The notes: generated by a model not told the origin, from the letters alone. A stretch of DNA of 46,880 nucleotides from Fibrobacter sp. (GCA_012523595.1 JAAYIG010000097.1:1-46880); one strand, 5' to 3'; counted from the stretch's first letter, positions 1 to 9,573 are shown. Numbers and translations are program-made.

Positions 1-87
1 TGGGGTTGATGTTTCGGGTTTGGAGGTGGAGAAGCTATATCAGGGGTTAGCTTCGAGGTGAAACAATGATCAAAGACAAAATCCCTA

Positions 88-180
88 TGTCATCTCTGAG
101 AAAATGTTAAATCACCGATGTACCTCCGAGATGAAATCATGACTTAAGCCTTTAAGTCACTAAAGCACCTCCGAGGTAAT
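88..180. repeat. Structured palindromic mini-element, copy A (inverted relative to 30828-30900), preceded by a partial direct copy
   Basis: TACCTCCGAGATGAAATCATGACTTAAGCCTTTAAGTCAC… versus RC(B) TACCTCTGAGATGAAACATTGACTTAAGCCTTTAAGTCAC…. Confidence 0.6.
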
Positions 181-197
181 TAAAAAGCCACAAACCT

Positions 198-1310
198 TTA
201 CTTATAAGGAAATTCCTCCCACGCTCCATCAACAAACTCCTTAAACTCCCTCTCAAATCTCGAACGTGGAAATCTCTCCGCATTCCTTCTTATCTCCTGA
301 GGATCAAACTTCTCCTCTTTAGCAAGAAACTCATGTACCGCATCGATAATGCAAAGCGGATTCTGCTTGTAAAAAAACAGCCCCGTTTTTCCATCAATAA
401 CAGTCTCCAGTGCCCCTCCCCTGCCAAAAGCAATCACCGGAAGTCCTGATGCCTGAGCCTCCACATTTACAATTCCGAAATCCTCCTCAGCAGAAAACAC
501 AAATGCCCTGGCCTTGCTCAATATTTTCTCCACTTCCTCACCTGTCTGATGTCCGACAAACTCTATGTTGGGAAGAGCAATTTTCTTAAGACTTTTCATT
601 GCCGGACCATCCCCTATAATAACCAGAGGAAGCTTGAGATGATTAAATGCATGAATAATCAGGTCCACTCTTTTGTAAGGAACAAGCCTTGAGATGGTAA
701 CAAAGTAATTCTCTCGTTTGTCGCTCAGATAGAATCTCTCAACATCAACAGGGGGATATATTACCTTTGCGTGCCGGTTGTAACATTTCCAGATCCTGTT
801 GGCGATATATTTGGAATTTGCTACAAACTCATTGACCCTGTTGGCTGAAACAGTATCCCAGATCCTGATATAATGAAGCATCAAACGCACAAGGAAGCTT
901 TTTGCCCCTCCTTTAAGTCCTGCTGCCTCCAGATACTCAAATGTCAAATCCCAGATATAGCGCATCGGTGAATGACAGTAACAGATGTGAAGCTGGTCGG
1001 AAGAGTTGAGTACTCCTTTGGCAACAGCATAAGACGAGGAGATTATAAGCTTATGATCCCTGAGATCAAACTGCTCTATTGCCATGGGAAAAAGCGGCAG
1101 AAAAGCCCTGTGATGTTTTCTGGCAAAAGGGATCCTCTGAAGAATTGAGGTTTTAATACGACTTTCATCCCAAATCGTGCCTTTAACCTGCTCAGGATCA
1201 TGAAAGAGGGTATAGATCGAACCGGGGTATAATTTGTAAATAGAATGAAGTACACTCTCAGCCCCGGCAAGTGTAACAAGCCATTCGTGAATAATCGCCG
1301 TATCAATCAT
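198..1310 (-). CDS. Glycosyltransferase family 4 (group 1 glycosyltransferase)
   Basis: 370-aa ORF. The C-terminal half has the typical GT4 nucleotide-sugar-binding region (…IIGDGP…, …EEDFGIVNVEAQASGLPVIAFGRGGALETV…). Confidence 0.8.
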   Translation of the reverse strand: MIDTAIIHEWLVTLAGAESVLHSIYKLYPGSIYTLFHDPEQVKGTIWDESRIKTSILQRIPFARKHHRAFLPLFPMAIEQFDLRDHKLIISSSYAVAKGVLNSSDQLHICYCHSPMRYIWDLTFEYLEAAGLKGGAKSFLVRLMLHYIRIWDTVSANRVNEFVANSKYIANRIWKCYNRHAKVIYPPVDVERFYLSDKRENYFVTISRLVPYKRVDLIIHAFNHLKLPLVIIGDGPAMKSLKKIALPNIEFVGHQTGEEVEKILSKARAFVFSAEEDFGIVNVEAQASGLPVIAFGRGGALETVIDGKTGLFFYKQNPLCIIDAVHEFLAKEEKFDPQEIRRNAERFPRSRFEREFKEFVDGAWEEFPYK

Positions 1311-1354
1311 TGAAAGTTGATTATAACATCACGGTGTATGGTTGGGAATAGGGA

Positions 1355-1446
1355 AATTACGAGTGTACGAAGTTACGACAGCACGATAGCACGAAAGTAA
1401 TGAGGGTACGATAAGGCAGTGTACCACAAAGTTGAAGTACGATGCA
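1355..1446 (+). repeat. Array of about 11 direct repeats phased every 8 bp, core GTACGA (…TGTACGAA GTTACGAC AGCACGAT AGCACGAA…)
   Basis: ACGA/TACGA occurs at 1359, 1367, 1375, 1383, 1391, about 1400, 1408, about 1416, about 1424, about 1432 and 1439. Confidence 0.65.
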
Positions 1447-1540
1447 GATTTTATATTATGAGATGAAATGACGGTTTAACAGAAGAGAGGTGTCACCAGT
1501 ACTTATATGACAATCGAAATACCCTAAAACCAACAGATTC

Positions 1541-1604
1541 CCTCGTATCTTTGTATTTCCGTACTGTCGTACCCTCGTACTTTCATACACTCTAACTCGT
1601 CTAC
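1541..1604 (-). repeat. Inverted partner array, about 8 units phased every 8 bp, core TCGTAC (CCTCGTAT CTTTGTAT TTCCGTAC TGTCGTAC CCTCGTAC TTTCATAC…)
   Basis: It is the reverse complement of the 1355-1446 array motif and lies about 95 bp away, ending at the stop codon of the 1601-2767 gene. Confidence 0.65.
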
Positions 1605-2767
1605 ATCAAATGCCTCATAGCCCAAACCAACCTTGGGAACCGTCCAAGGCTGGCCGCGAAAATCTTTGACATAGTGAGCTGTTCAAGAGGTATTGAGGAA
1701 AGAAGCGCTGCACCCTCATTGTAATCCTCATCCGGTACTGAAAGGAGAGAGTTTTTGACCCGGGAAAGTTTGATATGACGATTACCTCGTATCCTGTTCC
1801 AGGAATCCTCGTAATTTTTACAGATTCTTCTCATCTCTCGCTCGCTGGCCGTTCCCAGCATCACTAAAGCCGCCTCCCCTGCCAGTTTCCCGGAAAGAAG
1901 AGCCTCAGATATCCCTGCTCTGGATATGGGATTTATTGTACTCGCCGCATCACCAGCTTTAATTAACCCGCTCACCGCAAAAGGGCCGTGCTTTCCCCCG
2001 CAAGGAATCGCTCCCGCAAAACGCTGCACAATTTTTGCCGAACCGAAATTTTTCCGGATAAATTCATCAAGAAGTGAACGAATATTGTACTTGCCGACAA
2101 ATTTCTTACCCAGTACTATTCCGATATTAGAACCGCTGCCCCTTGGGAAAACCCAGGCATAACCCCCAGGAGCTAATTTCTGCCCGGCATAGATATGGAT
2201 TAAATCCGACTCGATCTCCACCTCTTCTGCCCATACAAAATAAGCAGGCTCCAGGTCAGAGGGTTTCCATGCCAGTTTCTCGCCTTTACCAATTCCACAT
2301 ACCGGTCCTGATGCATCGATAACCACCCTGGCTGATACTGTTGTCCCGTCAATAAACAAAAGCCTGCGAGCGCCGTTTCCATAAAGAGAAACGCTCTTGA
2401 CTTTACAGTCAAAATGGCATTCTCCACCCATGGCTCGAATCTGTTCGGCCATATCTGACTGCATAAGCGCCCGGTTAATTATATAGCCACCGTTTTTGTC
2501 CCGGTAAGTAATCGATGAACCGGAAGGAGCATGAAAACAGGCACTGTTTATCTCCTGCCTTATCCATTCCTTTTTTACATCCACAGCCTGTTCGAAACCA
2601 AGCCTCCCCACACCCTCTGCACAGGCGATCGGATGCTCCCAGGGGGTGGTCTTGTCAACCAGAAGAAGAGATCCGGCACCAGCACGGCAAATTTGAATGC
2701 CGGCATTGAGACCAGCAGGCCCCGCTCCAATGACAGCTATGTCGTAGATTTCTTTTGAAAACCGCAC
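1601..2767 (-). CDS. FAD-dependent oxidoreductase, geranylgeranyl-reductase-like family
   Basis: 388-aa ORF. The N-terminus has a Rossmann dinucleotide motif (DIAVIGAGPAGLNAG). Overall length and layout resemble NAD(P)/FAD-dependent reductases. Confidence 0.6.
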   Translation of the reverse strand: MRFSKEIYDIAVIGAGPAGLNAGIQICRAGAGSLLLVDKTTPWEHPIACAEGVGRLGFEQAVDVKKEWIRQEINSACFHAPSGSSITYRDKNGGYIINRALMQSDMAEQIRAMGGECHFDCKVKSVSLYGNGARRLLFIDGTTVSARVVIDASGPVCGIGKGEKLAWKPSDLEPAYFVWAEEVEIESDLIHIYAGQKLAPGGYAWVFPRGSGSNIGIVLGKKFVGKYNIRSLLDEFIRKNFGSAKIVQRFAGAIPCGGKHGPFAVSGLIKAGDAASTINPISRAGISEALLSGKLAGEAALVMLGTASEREMRRICKNYEDSWNRIRGNRHIKLSRVKNSLLSVPDEDYNEGAALLSSIPLEQLTMSKIFAASLGRFPRLVWAMRHLM

Positions 2768-2861
2768 AATGTTTACTTCTGAAAAGGTAATATTGTGATA
2801 ATATAAATTATTGCGGGAAGGAGGAATCAGATCTGCCGCTTTTTAGCGGTGTAAATGATAC

Positions 2862-4118
2862 TCACAAAAGCATGTAATTGATCACTTCCTCCGGAGTGGG
2901 CACTGCATTACGCTCTTTAAGAATAGGAACAGGATAATCACCCTGAGTCTGAAGTCGGTAATCGAAACCGGCTTTCTTGACAGTATCCTCAACTGCCTGC
3001 TGACTGGGTGTATTCTCTTCACCAGAGAGTTTTTTGATAAAGAGCATATACTTGCTGCTATCCTCCACATCTTTCAGGGGTACAAACCCGTTCTGATCAG
3101 AGGTAAATGAGAACTGATCAGCAATCACCTGACGCACATAATCCTTTGCCGGCTCAAGGACAGTAAGTGCCGGCAGATCTGATGGATACATTTCAACAGG
3201 ATCTTTTTTTTCATACTTTATCATGTTTTCCCGGGCTATCTGCAGGTGTGTCAATTCATTCTCAAGCATCTGCTGCCACATGCTTTTAAGATTCGGATCT
3301 GTTTCAGAACTCATGCATGAATAATACATGTAACACTCATTGTACTCATGGCAAACCGCCATCTCAAACCATGATATTCTGGGATCCTGTAGAGAGCCAT
3401 AATGATTTACATGCTGTTCCTCAATCATCGCTATCTCCTGATACAGTCCCCGACCGGCCAAATCTGGTATCCTGTTTCCCACATTCATGTAATAGTTCAT
3501 CGTCTGCTGTTCAGCCGCAATGATAGTGACTATATGCATAAGAGTGAGCGGATCGGCTTTTGTCCAGTCTATATAGTTTCTGACACTGTCAAAAGGGTGA
3601 TGATGCTGAACGAAAGTGGGTCGTCCTGGTATCACTTCGGTGAGATCTTTTACTATTACCTCAGCTTTTACTGGATCGATTCTAAACATCAGATTTGCAT
3701 AACGATAGAGGTGATCGAGATCCTCGATAAGCGCAAATTCCAGAGCTGCTTTGACATATGGATCAGGCTCATTTCGAGCCATCGAAGCTGTCAGGTCAAC
3801 GGCAAGCTGCTCATACCCGATGCTCACCTCTAAAGTGGTCTCTGGTGCAGGTATCATCCAGTTCACCATCTTTTGCTGCTGCTGTTCTATACGACGCACC
3901 ATAGCAAGCTGACAACGCAATTCCTTATCTTCGATCATACGATGAAAGTTACAGTAAAAAAGTGCTGCTCCTACCTCGATTCCATTCATAAGAATTCCAC
4001 GAGCCCGGGTGTAGGGATGGACGCTTTCGGGATCATAAGGTTTTGTGTTCATCTCTGACCAGGATTTAAACTGCTTTTCAATGGGAATACCTTTTTCCTG
4101 AAATGGATTGAATCCCAT
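2862..4118 (-). CDS. Hypothetical ferritin-like di-iron (four-helix-bundle) protein
   Basis: 418-aa ORF. Two E…ExxH-type carboxylate/His pairs are present (…IEDLDH…, …EEQHVNH…, …ENELTHL…). I do not recognise a specific family. Confidence 0.4.
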   Translation of the reverse strand: MGFNPFQEKGIPIEKQFKSWSEMNTKPYDPESVHPYTRARGILMNGIEVGAALFYCNFHRMIEDKELRCQLAMVRRIEQQQQKMVNWMIPAPETTLEVSIGYEQLAVDLTASMARNEPDPYVKAALEFALIEDLDHLYRYANLMFRIDPVKAEVIVKDLTEVIPGRPTFVQHHHPFDSVRNYIDWTKADPLTLMHIVTIIAAEQQTMNYYMNVGNRIPDLAGRGLYQEIAMIEEQHVNHYGSLQDPRISWFEMAVCHEYNECYMYYSCMSSETDPNLKSMWQQMLENELTHLQIARENMIKYEKKDPVEMYPSDLPALTVLEPAKDYVRQVIADQFSFTSDQNGFVPLKDVEDSSKYMLFIKKLSGEENTPSQQAVEDTVKKAGFDYRLQTQGDYPVPILKERNAVPTPEEVINYMLL

Positions 4119-4193
4119 GATAGTACCTCTTTGCGGTTCTGTGGATGGAGAGTTGAGAGAATTCAGTGCAAATAATGTTCCGGGAAGGAAATA

Positions 4194-5651
4194 TCAGATC
4201 CCGGCTTTACCGCGATCCAGAGGCTCATTAACAACAAGGGGGTCAAGAGCATTTTCTGTATTAACCAATGCTTCAGTAACTTCAGTAGGATGAATCACTG
4301 CTTTCTGCCATCTGCCGGAGTGGTAATATATAAGGCTCGCTGTCATTATAACTGCAAAGCCAATTGTAAATGAGAACCAGATCCCGGTCAAACCCAGAGG
4401 GCTTTTTGATAGAATCGAAGCAAACGGAACCCTGATTCCCCACATTGCAAGAATTGTAAAAACAAGAGTGACCATGGTATGTCCGGCACCATTTATCACT
4501 CCATTTGAAACCTGCATTACAGCAAACATAATCGATGAAGTGCCTACAATCCGCAGATAGGTCGAACCGATCTCAATCACCCTCTTATCTGTAGTAAAGA
4601 TTGAAACAAGCAGATCCGGGATACTTAAAAAGAAAATCGAAAAGAAACCCGAGATACAAAGAGTCATAAATATACCCCAGCGGAATGCCCGGAATACTCT
4701 CTCATTTTTTCCTGCCCCCAGGTTCTGCCCTGCGATAACCGAGACAGACATTCCAATTGACATTGCAGGAAGAAAAGCCAGTGAGTCAATTCTGCCCGCT
4801 GCTCCGAAAGCCGCAGTCGCAGTCTCACCGAAACTGTTAACAAAAGAGGTTACTGCCGCCATTCCCAGCGAAATAGCTGACTGCTGAACTATGGATGGGA
4901 AACCGATCTTCGCGATAAGCCATGTAATATGTCCATCAAGACAGAAGATTTTCTTCAGTCTGACTGTAATTATTCCCTTCCTGCTGTTCAGGTAAATCAA
5001 TCCGGTGATCAGAGCAATGGCCTGGGCGATAATCGAAGCAATCGCAGCTCCATCAAGACCAAGAGTAGGCAGAGGACCGACCCCGATAATGAGCAGAGGG
5101 TCGAGGATAGCATTTACCACTACACCCAGACTCATGAAAAACAATGGTGTTCTGGTATCACCTACGCCCCTGAGAATTGATGTCACCAGGAAAGTCAGAA
5201 ATATTGCGGTAAACCCCATATATGAGATTTTCATGTAAGATGAGGCCAGTGGCAGTATATCCTGGGGTGTACTCATAAAGACAAGAATGCTGTCAACTAA
5301 TAGAATACCCAATACAGAGAAAACTACTCCCAGTATGATTGTCAGGCCAAAGGAAGTATCTACTGTTCTTGAGACCTCCTTGTAATTTCTTGCCCCGTAA
5401 TACTGGGAGATAAGGATTGTGGTCGCCATAGTGGCCCCCGATGCCACAGAGATGAAAAGAAAAATGACAGGAAAACTTACTGCAATAGCACCTATGGCCG
5501 CGGTGCCTGCAATCCGCCCGATCCAGATCGCATCAATTATACTGTAACCGGTATTAATAAGATTCCCCAGGAGCATGGGCAAGGCTATGGCAAGCAAATG
5601 ACGAGGAATACTGCCCGAAGTAAGGTCCCTTCCTATTGAGTTTTTACTCAC
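4194..5651 (-). CDS. MATE family multidrug/toxin efflux transporter
   Basis: 485-aa polytopic membrane ORF with the typical MATE N-terminus (…RHLLAIALPMLLGNLINTGYSIIDAIWIGRI…) and 12 predicted hydrophobic segments. Its start lies 1 nt from the stop of the upstream gene. Confidence 0.85.
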   Translation of the reverse strand: MSKNSIGRDLTSGSIPRHLLAIALPMLLGNLINTGYSIIDAIWIGRIAGTAAIGAIAVSFPVIFLFISVASGATMATTILISQYYGARNYKEVSRTVDTSFGLTIILGVVFSVLGILLVDSILVFMSTPQDILPLASSYMKISYMGFTAIFLTFLVTSILRGVGDTRTPLFFMSLGVVVNAILDPLLIIGVGPLPTLGLDGAAIASIIAQAIALITGLIYLNSRKGIITVRLKKIFCLDGHITWLIAKIGFPSIVQQSAISLGMAAVTSFVNSFGETATAAFGAAGRIDSLAFLPAMSIGMSVSVIAGQNLGAGKNERVFRAFRWGIFMTLCISGFFSIFFLSIPDLLVSIFTTDKRVIEIGSTYLRIVGTSSIMFAVMQVSNGVINGAGHTMVTLVFTILAMWGIRVPFASILSKSPLGLTGIWFSFTIGFAVIMTASLIYYHSGRWQKAVIHPTEVTEALVNTENALDPLVVNEPLDRGKAGI

Positions 5652-5652
5652 T

Positions 5653-6696
5653 TCAGACCTTTACCTCACCTGAAGAGCAGACCTCTGGTTTACTGAACTC
5701 AAGATAATCTCTCAAATTATCCCTGAGCAGTTCCGGAGTATCAATCCCGTAAGGACATCTTGACCTGCAATGCCCACAGTCGCTGCATTGATTAATAAGA
5801 AGCATCTTCTCCCGCCATTCAGGAGTAAGAAAATTCTGAGAAGGAGCTCTTCTGAGCAGAAGCGACATGCGCGCTGTCATGTTGATCTGTATTCCCTGAG
5901 GACATGGCATACAGTATCCGCATCCGCGGCAGAATTGAAAGGAGAGTTCTCTTTGATCTTTTTTTATAAGTTCCCGCAGATTCTCATCGAGAACTGGTGG
6001 GTTTTTCTCCAGTTCCAGAAATTGATCGAGTTCCTCCTCCCTCTGAATCCCCCACACAGGAACCACATTTTCATATTGACGCAGAAACGCAAACGCGGCA
6101 GCGGCATTAGTAATCAGCCCTCCCCCCATCGCCTTCATTGCTATAAGCCCGCAGTCATTCTTCAAACACTCATCAATAAGTCGAAGCTCATCACTGGTGG
6201 AAAGAATACTGAGCGGAAACTGGATTGTATCATAAATACCCGATCGGGCGGCATTGATAGCGTTCTCAAGGCTGTGATTTGTAAAACCAACATATCTCAC
6301 CATCCCCCTCTTCCTGGCTTCCAGAACCCCGGAAAGAGCACTCTGCGGATCCAAAGGATCAGGTACTTTAGATGGATTATGAAGCTGGAGGATATCCACA
6401 TAATCTGTGCGCAGGTTTTTAAGACTGGTCTCCAGGTCTTTAAGGAGATCATCTTTATTATCTGCAGAGGATTTGGTGGCCAGAATAATATCATGGCGCA
6501 CATCACCGAGCGCGGCTCCGATTTTCTCCTCACTGTCAGAATAGTTTCTGGCAGTATCGAAAAAGTCAAAACCGTTATGGTATGCTTTGCGGAGTATATG
6601 GACCGAATCGTTGAGGGATATTCTCTGTATTGGCAAAGCGCCAAAACCGCTTCGCCCAATCAAAAGCCCGGTTCTCCCCAGGCGCATCTTTTCCAT
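5653..6696 (-). CDS. Aldo/keto reductase with a fused C-terminal 4Fe-4S ferredoxin-type domain
   Basis: 347-aa ORF. The N-terminus has the AKR signature (…GFDFFDTARNYSDSEEKIG…). The C-terminus has two Cys clusters (CRGCGYCMPCP and CSDCGHCRSRCP). Confidence 0.8.
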   Translation of the reverse strand: MEKMRLGRTGLLIGRSGFGALPIQRISLNDSVHILRKAYHNGFDFFDTARNYSDSEEKIGAALGDVRHDIILATKSSADNKDDLLKDLETSLKNLRTDYVDILQLHNPSKVPDPLDPQSALSGVLEARKRGMVRYVGFTNHSLENAINAARSGIYDTIQFPLSILSTSDELRLIDECLKNDCGLIAMKAMGGGLITNAAAAFAFLRQYENVVPVWGIQREEELDQFLELEKNPPVLDENLRELIKKDQRELSFQFCRGCGYCMPCPQGIQINMTARMSLLLRRAPSQNFLTPEWREKMLLINQCSDCGHCRSRCPYGIDTPELLRDNLRDYLEFSKPEVCSSGEVKV

Positions 6697-6763
6697 TAAA
6701 ACAGTTTCTCTTTCTGACTCTTAAGATAGAAAAATACTTCAGACGCGCAGGGGAGATCAAAAT

Positions 6764-7351
6764 TCAGAGCGAATCTGAGTTTTCTCCTCGAGGTGCTGTT
6801 TCAGGAAAAACTTTTTTAGACGAAGTCTCCCGGATAGTCATGCTCCCGAAAATCACACTTGCCTTAATTAAGCGGTATGGGGCAGATTTATCGAAGGCTT
6901 TGTTCTTATATGTATAATCCCCGAAACTGACAAAATTCCCATCAGGCATCCTCGCGCCCGAAAAGGCTGCGCTTACCTTGATAAGTACCGGTATATCGGA
7001 TGGGATCTCGAGCACACTGGAGCCGAAAATGGTGTTTATTTCCAGCTTATCATTTCCCTTTGCCAATGGCATCGATGCATCTATACGGGAAGATCCGAAA
7101 ACCACGCTGTATTTATGGCTCTCCCCGGTGATCTTTAGATCACCGCTTTGGAAAATCACAGAACTGCTTCCACTCCTTGTCCAGGTTCCTCCCAGAAGGA
7201 CCTGTAATCCAAGATAGATCAGAATAAGAGCGAGGACGATACGGAATACAGGAATGTGGATATTGAATACTATACGGATTATAAGCGAAACACCGACAAG
7301 AATCAGTACCACACCCCAGAAAATTCCAGAAAAAAGAAATCCCATTTTCAA
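6764..7351 (-). CDS. Membrane protein, LiaF-like/DUF2154-like (N-terminal transmembrane helices plus C-terminal beta domain)
   Basis: 195-aa ORF. Two N-terminal hydrophobic helices are followed by a Gly/Ser-rich beta-strand domain. The family assignment is tentative. Confidence 0.4.
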   Translation of the reverse strand: MKMGFLFSGIFWGVVLILVGVSLIIRIVFNIHIPVFRIVLALILIYLGLQVLLGGTWTRSGSSSVIFQSGDLKITGESHKYSVVFGSSRIDASMPLAKGNDKLEINTIFGSSVLEIPSDIPVLIKVSAAFSGARMPDGNFVSFGDYTYKNKAFDKSAPYRLIKASVIFGSMTIRETSSKKVFPETAPRGENSDSL

Positions 7352-7452
7352 TTGTCTCCTCCACAGAAAACTGTTGACAAATTTACATTCTGCAAACTTC
7401 TCAGATTTTCTAAAATCAATTATGCAGATGCTTTCTGCAAGGTATTTTCAGT

Positions 7453-9561
7453 TTACTCAGTTTTTTCCGATACCCTTAATGCTCTGGATGAATTAAGTAC
7501 CGCAATCAGTGCCATTCCCATATCCGCAAAAACCGCCTCCCACATTCCCGCCAGGCCCACTGCTCCAAAACCAATAAACATCACTTTTACTGTCAAGGCA
7601 AAGATAATATTCTGCCACACAATAGCTCTAGTGCGTTTTCCGGATTCTATGGCCTGCGCGACTTTTGAAGGATGATCGGTCATAAGTACCACATCCGCGG
7701 TCTCTATCGCAGCATCGGAACCCAGCGCTCCCATCGCTATTCCCACATCGGCCCGTGCAATAACCGGAGCATCATTTATCCCATCACCCACAAAGGCCAC
7801 TTTCCCACGATGTGTCTTACTGGACGATATCTCCTCAAAACGCAACACTTTCTCCTCAGGAAGAAGCCCCGGGTAAAACGAATCGAGATCAACCTCCTGT
7901 GCTACCTTTCCGGCAGAAGCCTTATTATCTCCTGTTAACATCGACACTGTATGCACACCGGCTTTCCTCAGCATTTCCACAGCTATAACAGAGTCTTCCT
8001 TGAGTTCATCACCTATTACTATGTATCCTGCATAGGTTCCGTCAATTACCACATGTACAACTGTACCCTCCACATCACAGCAGTCATGCCTTATTCCCTC
8101 TCTGTGTAGAAGCGCATCATTGCCTGCCATTATGGCATGGGTGGCAGTACGTACCTTCACCCCGAAACCGGATATCTCCTGATGGTCAAGAACCTCACCT
8201 GATATGGAATCCCGACTGCGACCTGCAGCCTCAATTATAGATCCGGCAATCGGATGCCGGGAAAAGGTCTCTGCAATCGCCGCAAATTCAAGCACCTGCG
8301 AGGGAGTATGCCCGTTACGGGCTACCGTTTGTTTTACTTTAAATATTCCTTTGGTAAGTGTACCGGTTTTATCAAAAACCACAGTCTTTACATCAGCCAA
8401 AGCATCGATAAAAGTCGATCCTTTGACAAGTATTCCCCTTCTGGAAGCGCCACCGATACCACCAAAGTAACCAAGGGGAATCGAAATGACAAGCGCACAT
8501 GGACAGGAGATCACCAGAAGCACAAGTGCTCTGTAAATCCATGTGCTGAATGTCTGCCCCGAAATAAATAAAGGAGGTATCAGCGCAATACACAACGAGA
8601 GAAAGAAAACCACAGGAGTGTAATAACGCGCAAATCTGGTTATAAACTGCTCAGTACGGGTTTTCTTGGCATTGGCATTTTCGACCAGATCGAGAATTTT
8701 GGCAATTGATGAGTCGGCGAAGGCTTTGGTTACCTTTATTGTAAGCAACGCACTTACATTAATTTCACCAGCCAGCACCACATCACCCGGTTTGACAGTT
8801 GATGGAACAGGTTCTCCTGTAAGAGCAGCAGTATTTACAAGCGATGATCCCTCCAGAACTTCCCCGTCCAGAGGAATTCTCTCCCCGGCTCTTACCAGAA
8901 TTATCTCTCCAGGAAGCACCTTATCGGGTGATACTCTCCTGGAACCATCCCTGCTTTTAAGCATCGCATACTCCGGCTTGACCTGAAGCAGTGCTGTAAT
9001 AGATTTACGGGATCGGGAAACCGCCAGGTTCTGCATAAACTCACCGATTTTAAAGAAAATCATCACCCCTACGGCCTCGGAAACAGCATGAATTCCAAAA
9101 GCCCCAGCTGTAGCAATTGTCATCAGCACATTTTCATCGAAAATGATTCCCTTGCTTATTGTGCGCAAAGCACCCCTTAAAACATTGTAGCCGGCCAGAA
9201 AGTATGCACTCAGTGCTACAGCATACTCTATAAAACCCCAGGAACGCCTGTGAAAAGAGCCTTCAAAAAAAAGCAGGATTAAAAACAGCAGCATCGCTAC
9301 AGAGATTGTGACAATCTCCCTCTTTGGATCAAATTCGGCTTTCACTGCTGAAAGAGGTTCCGGAACTGATATGTCGACTTCAGGTTCGATTTTCTTTATC
9401 TCACGACGTACCTTTTCTATATCGTCTGTATCGATATGCAGAGAAAGAGAAGCGTAGTCTAATGAGACCTCTTTTACAGAAGAAATATTCCTGAGGTGAT
9501 CTTCGATTCTGGTTGCACAGTCAGGACAGTCCAGGCCAGTAACATTGTACCTTTTCATCAT
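7453..9561 (-). CDS. cadA: Heavy-metal (Cd/Zn/Pb-type) translocating P1B-type ATPase
   Basis: 702-aa ORF. It has an N-terminal HMA domain with a CxxC motif (GLDCPDCA), a CPC motif in the membrane (SCPCALV), DKTGTLT phosphorylation and GDGINDAP hinge motifs. Confidence 0.9.
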   Translation of the reverse strand: MMKRYNVTGLDCPDCATRIEDHLRNISSVKEVSLDYASLSLHIDTDDIEKVRREIKKIEPEVDISVPEPLSAVKAEFDPKREIVTISVAMLLFLILLFFEGSFHRRSWGFIEYAVALSAYFLAGYNVLRGALRTISKGIIFDENVLMTIATAGAFGIHAVSEAVGVMIFFKIGEFMQNLAVSRSRKSITALLQVKPEYAMLKSRDGSRRVSPDKVLPGEIILVRAGERIPLDGEVLEGSSLVNTAALTGEPVPSTVKPGDVVLAGEINVSALLTIKVTKAFADSSIAKILDLVENANAKKTRTEQFITRFARYYTPVVFFLSLCIALIPPLFISGQTFSTWIYRALVLLVISCPCALVISIPLGYFGGIGGASRRGILVKGSTFIDALADVKTVVFDKTGTLTKGIFKVKQTVARNGHTPSQVLEFAAIAETFSRHPIAGSIIEAAGRSRDSISGEVLDHQEISGFGVKVRTATHAIMAGNDALLHREGIRHDCCDVEGTVVHVVIDGTYAGYIVIGDELKEDSVIAVEMLRKAGVHTVSMLTGDNKASAGKVAQEVDLDSFYPGLLPEEKVLRFEEISSSKTHRGKVAFVGDGINDAPVIARADVGIAMGALGSDAAIETADVVLMTDHPSKVAQAIESGKRTRAIVWQNIIFALTVKVMFIGFGAVGLAGMWEAVFADMGMALIAVLNSSRALRVSEKTE

Positions 9562-9573
9562 CTTTGCATTAAC

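Noticed and set aside
2838-2858. Hairpin GCCGCT-TTTTA-AGCGGT between two minus-strand genes, as an intrinsic terminator
   Set aside because: On the minus strand the hairpin is not followed by a U-tract. It may still be a processing or termination site, but the evidence is insufficient.
5770-6699. 309-aa plus-strand ORF
   Set aside because: It lies entirely antisense to the well-supported AKR gene, has a low-complexity translation and no recognisable motifs. It is a shadow ORF.
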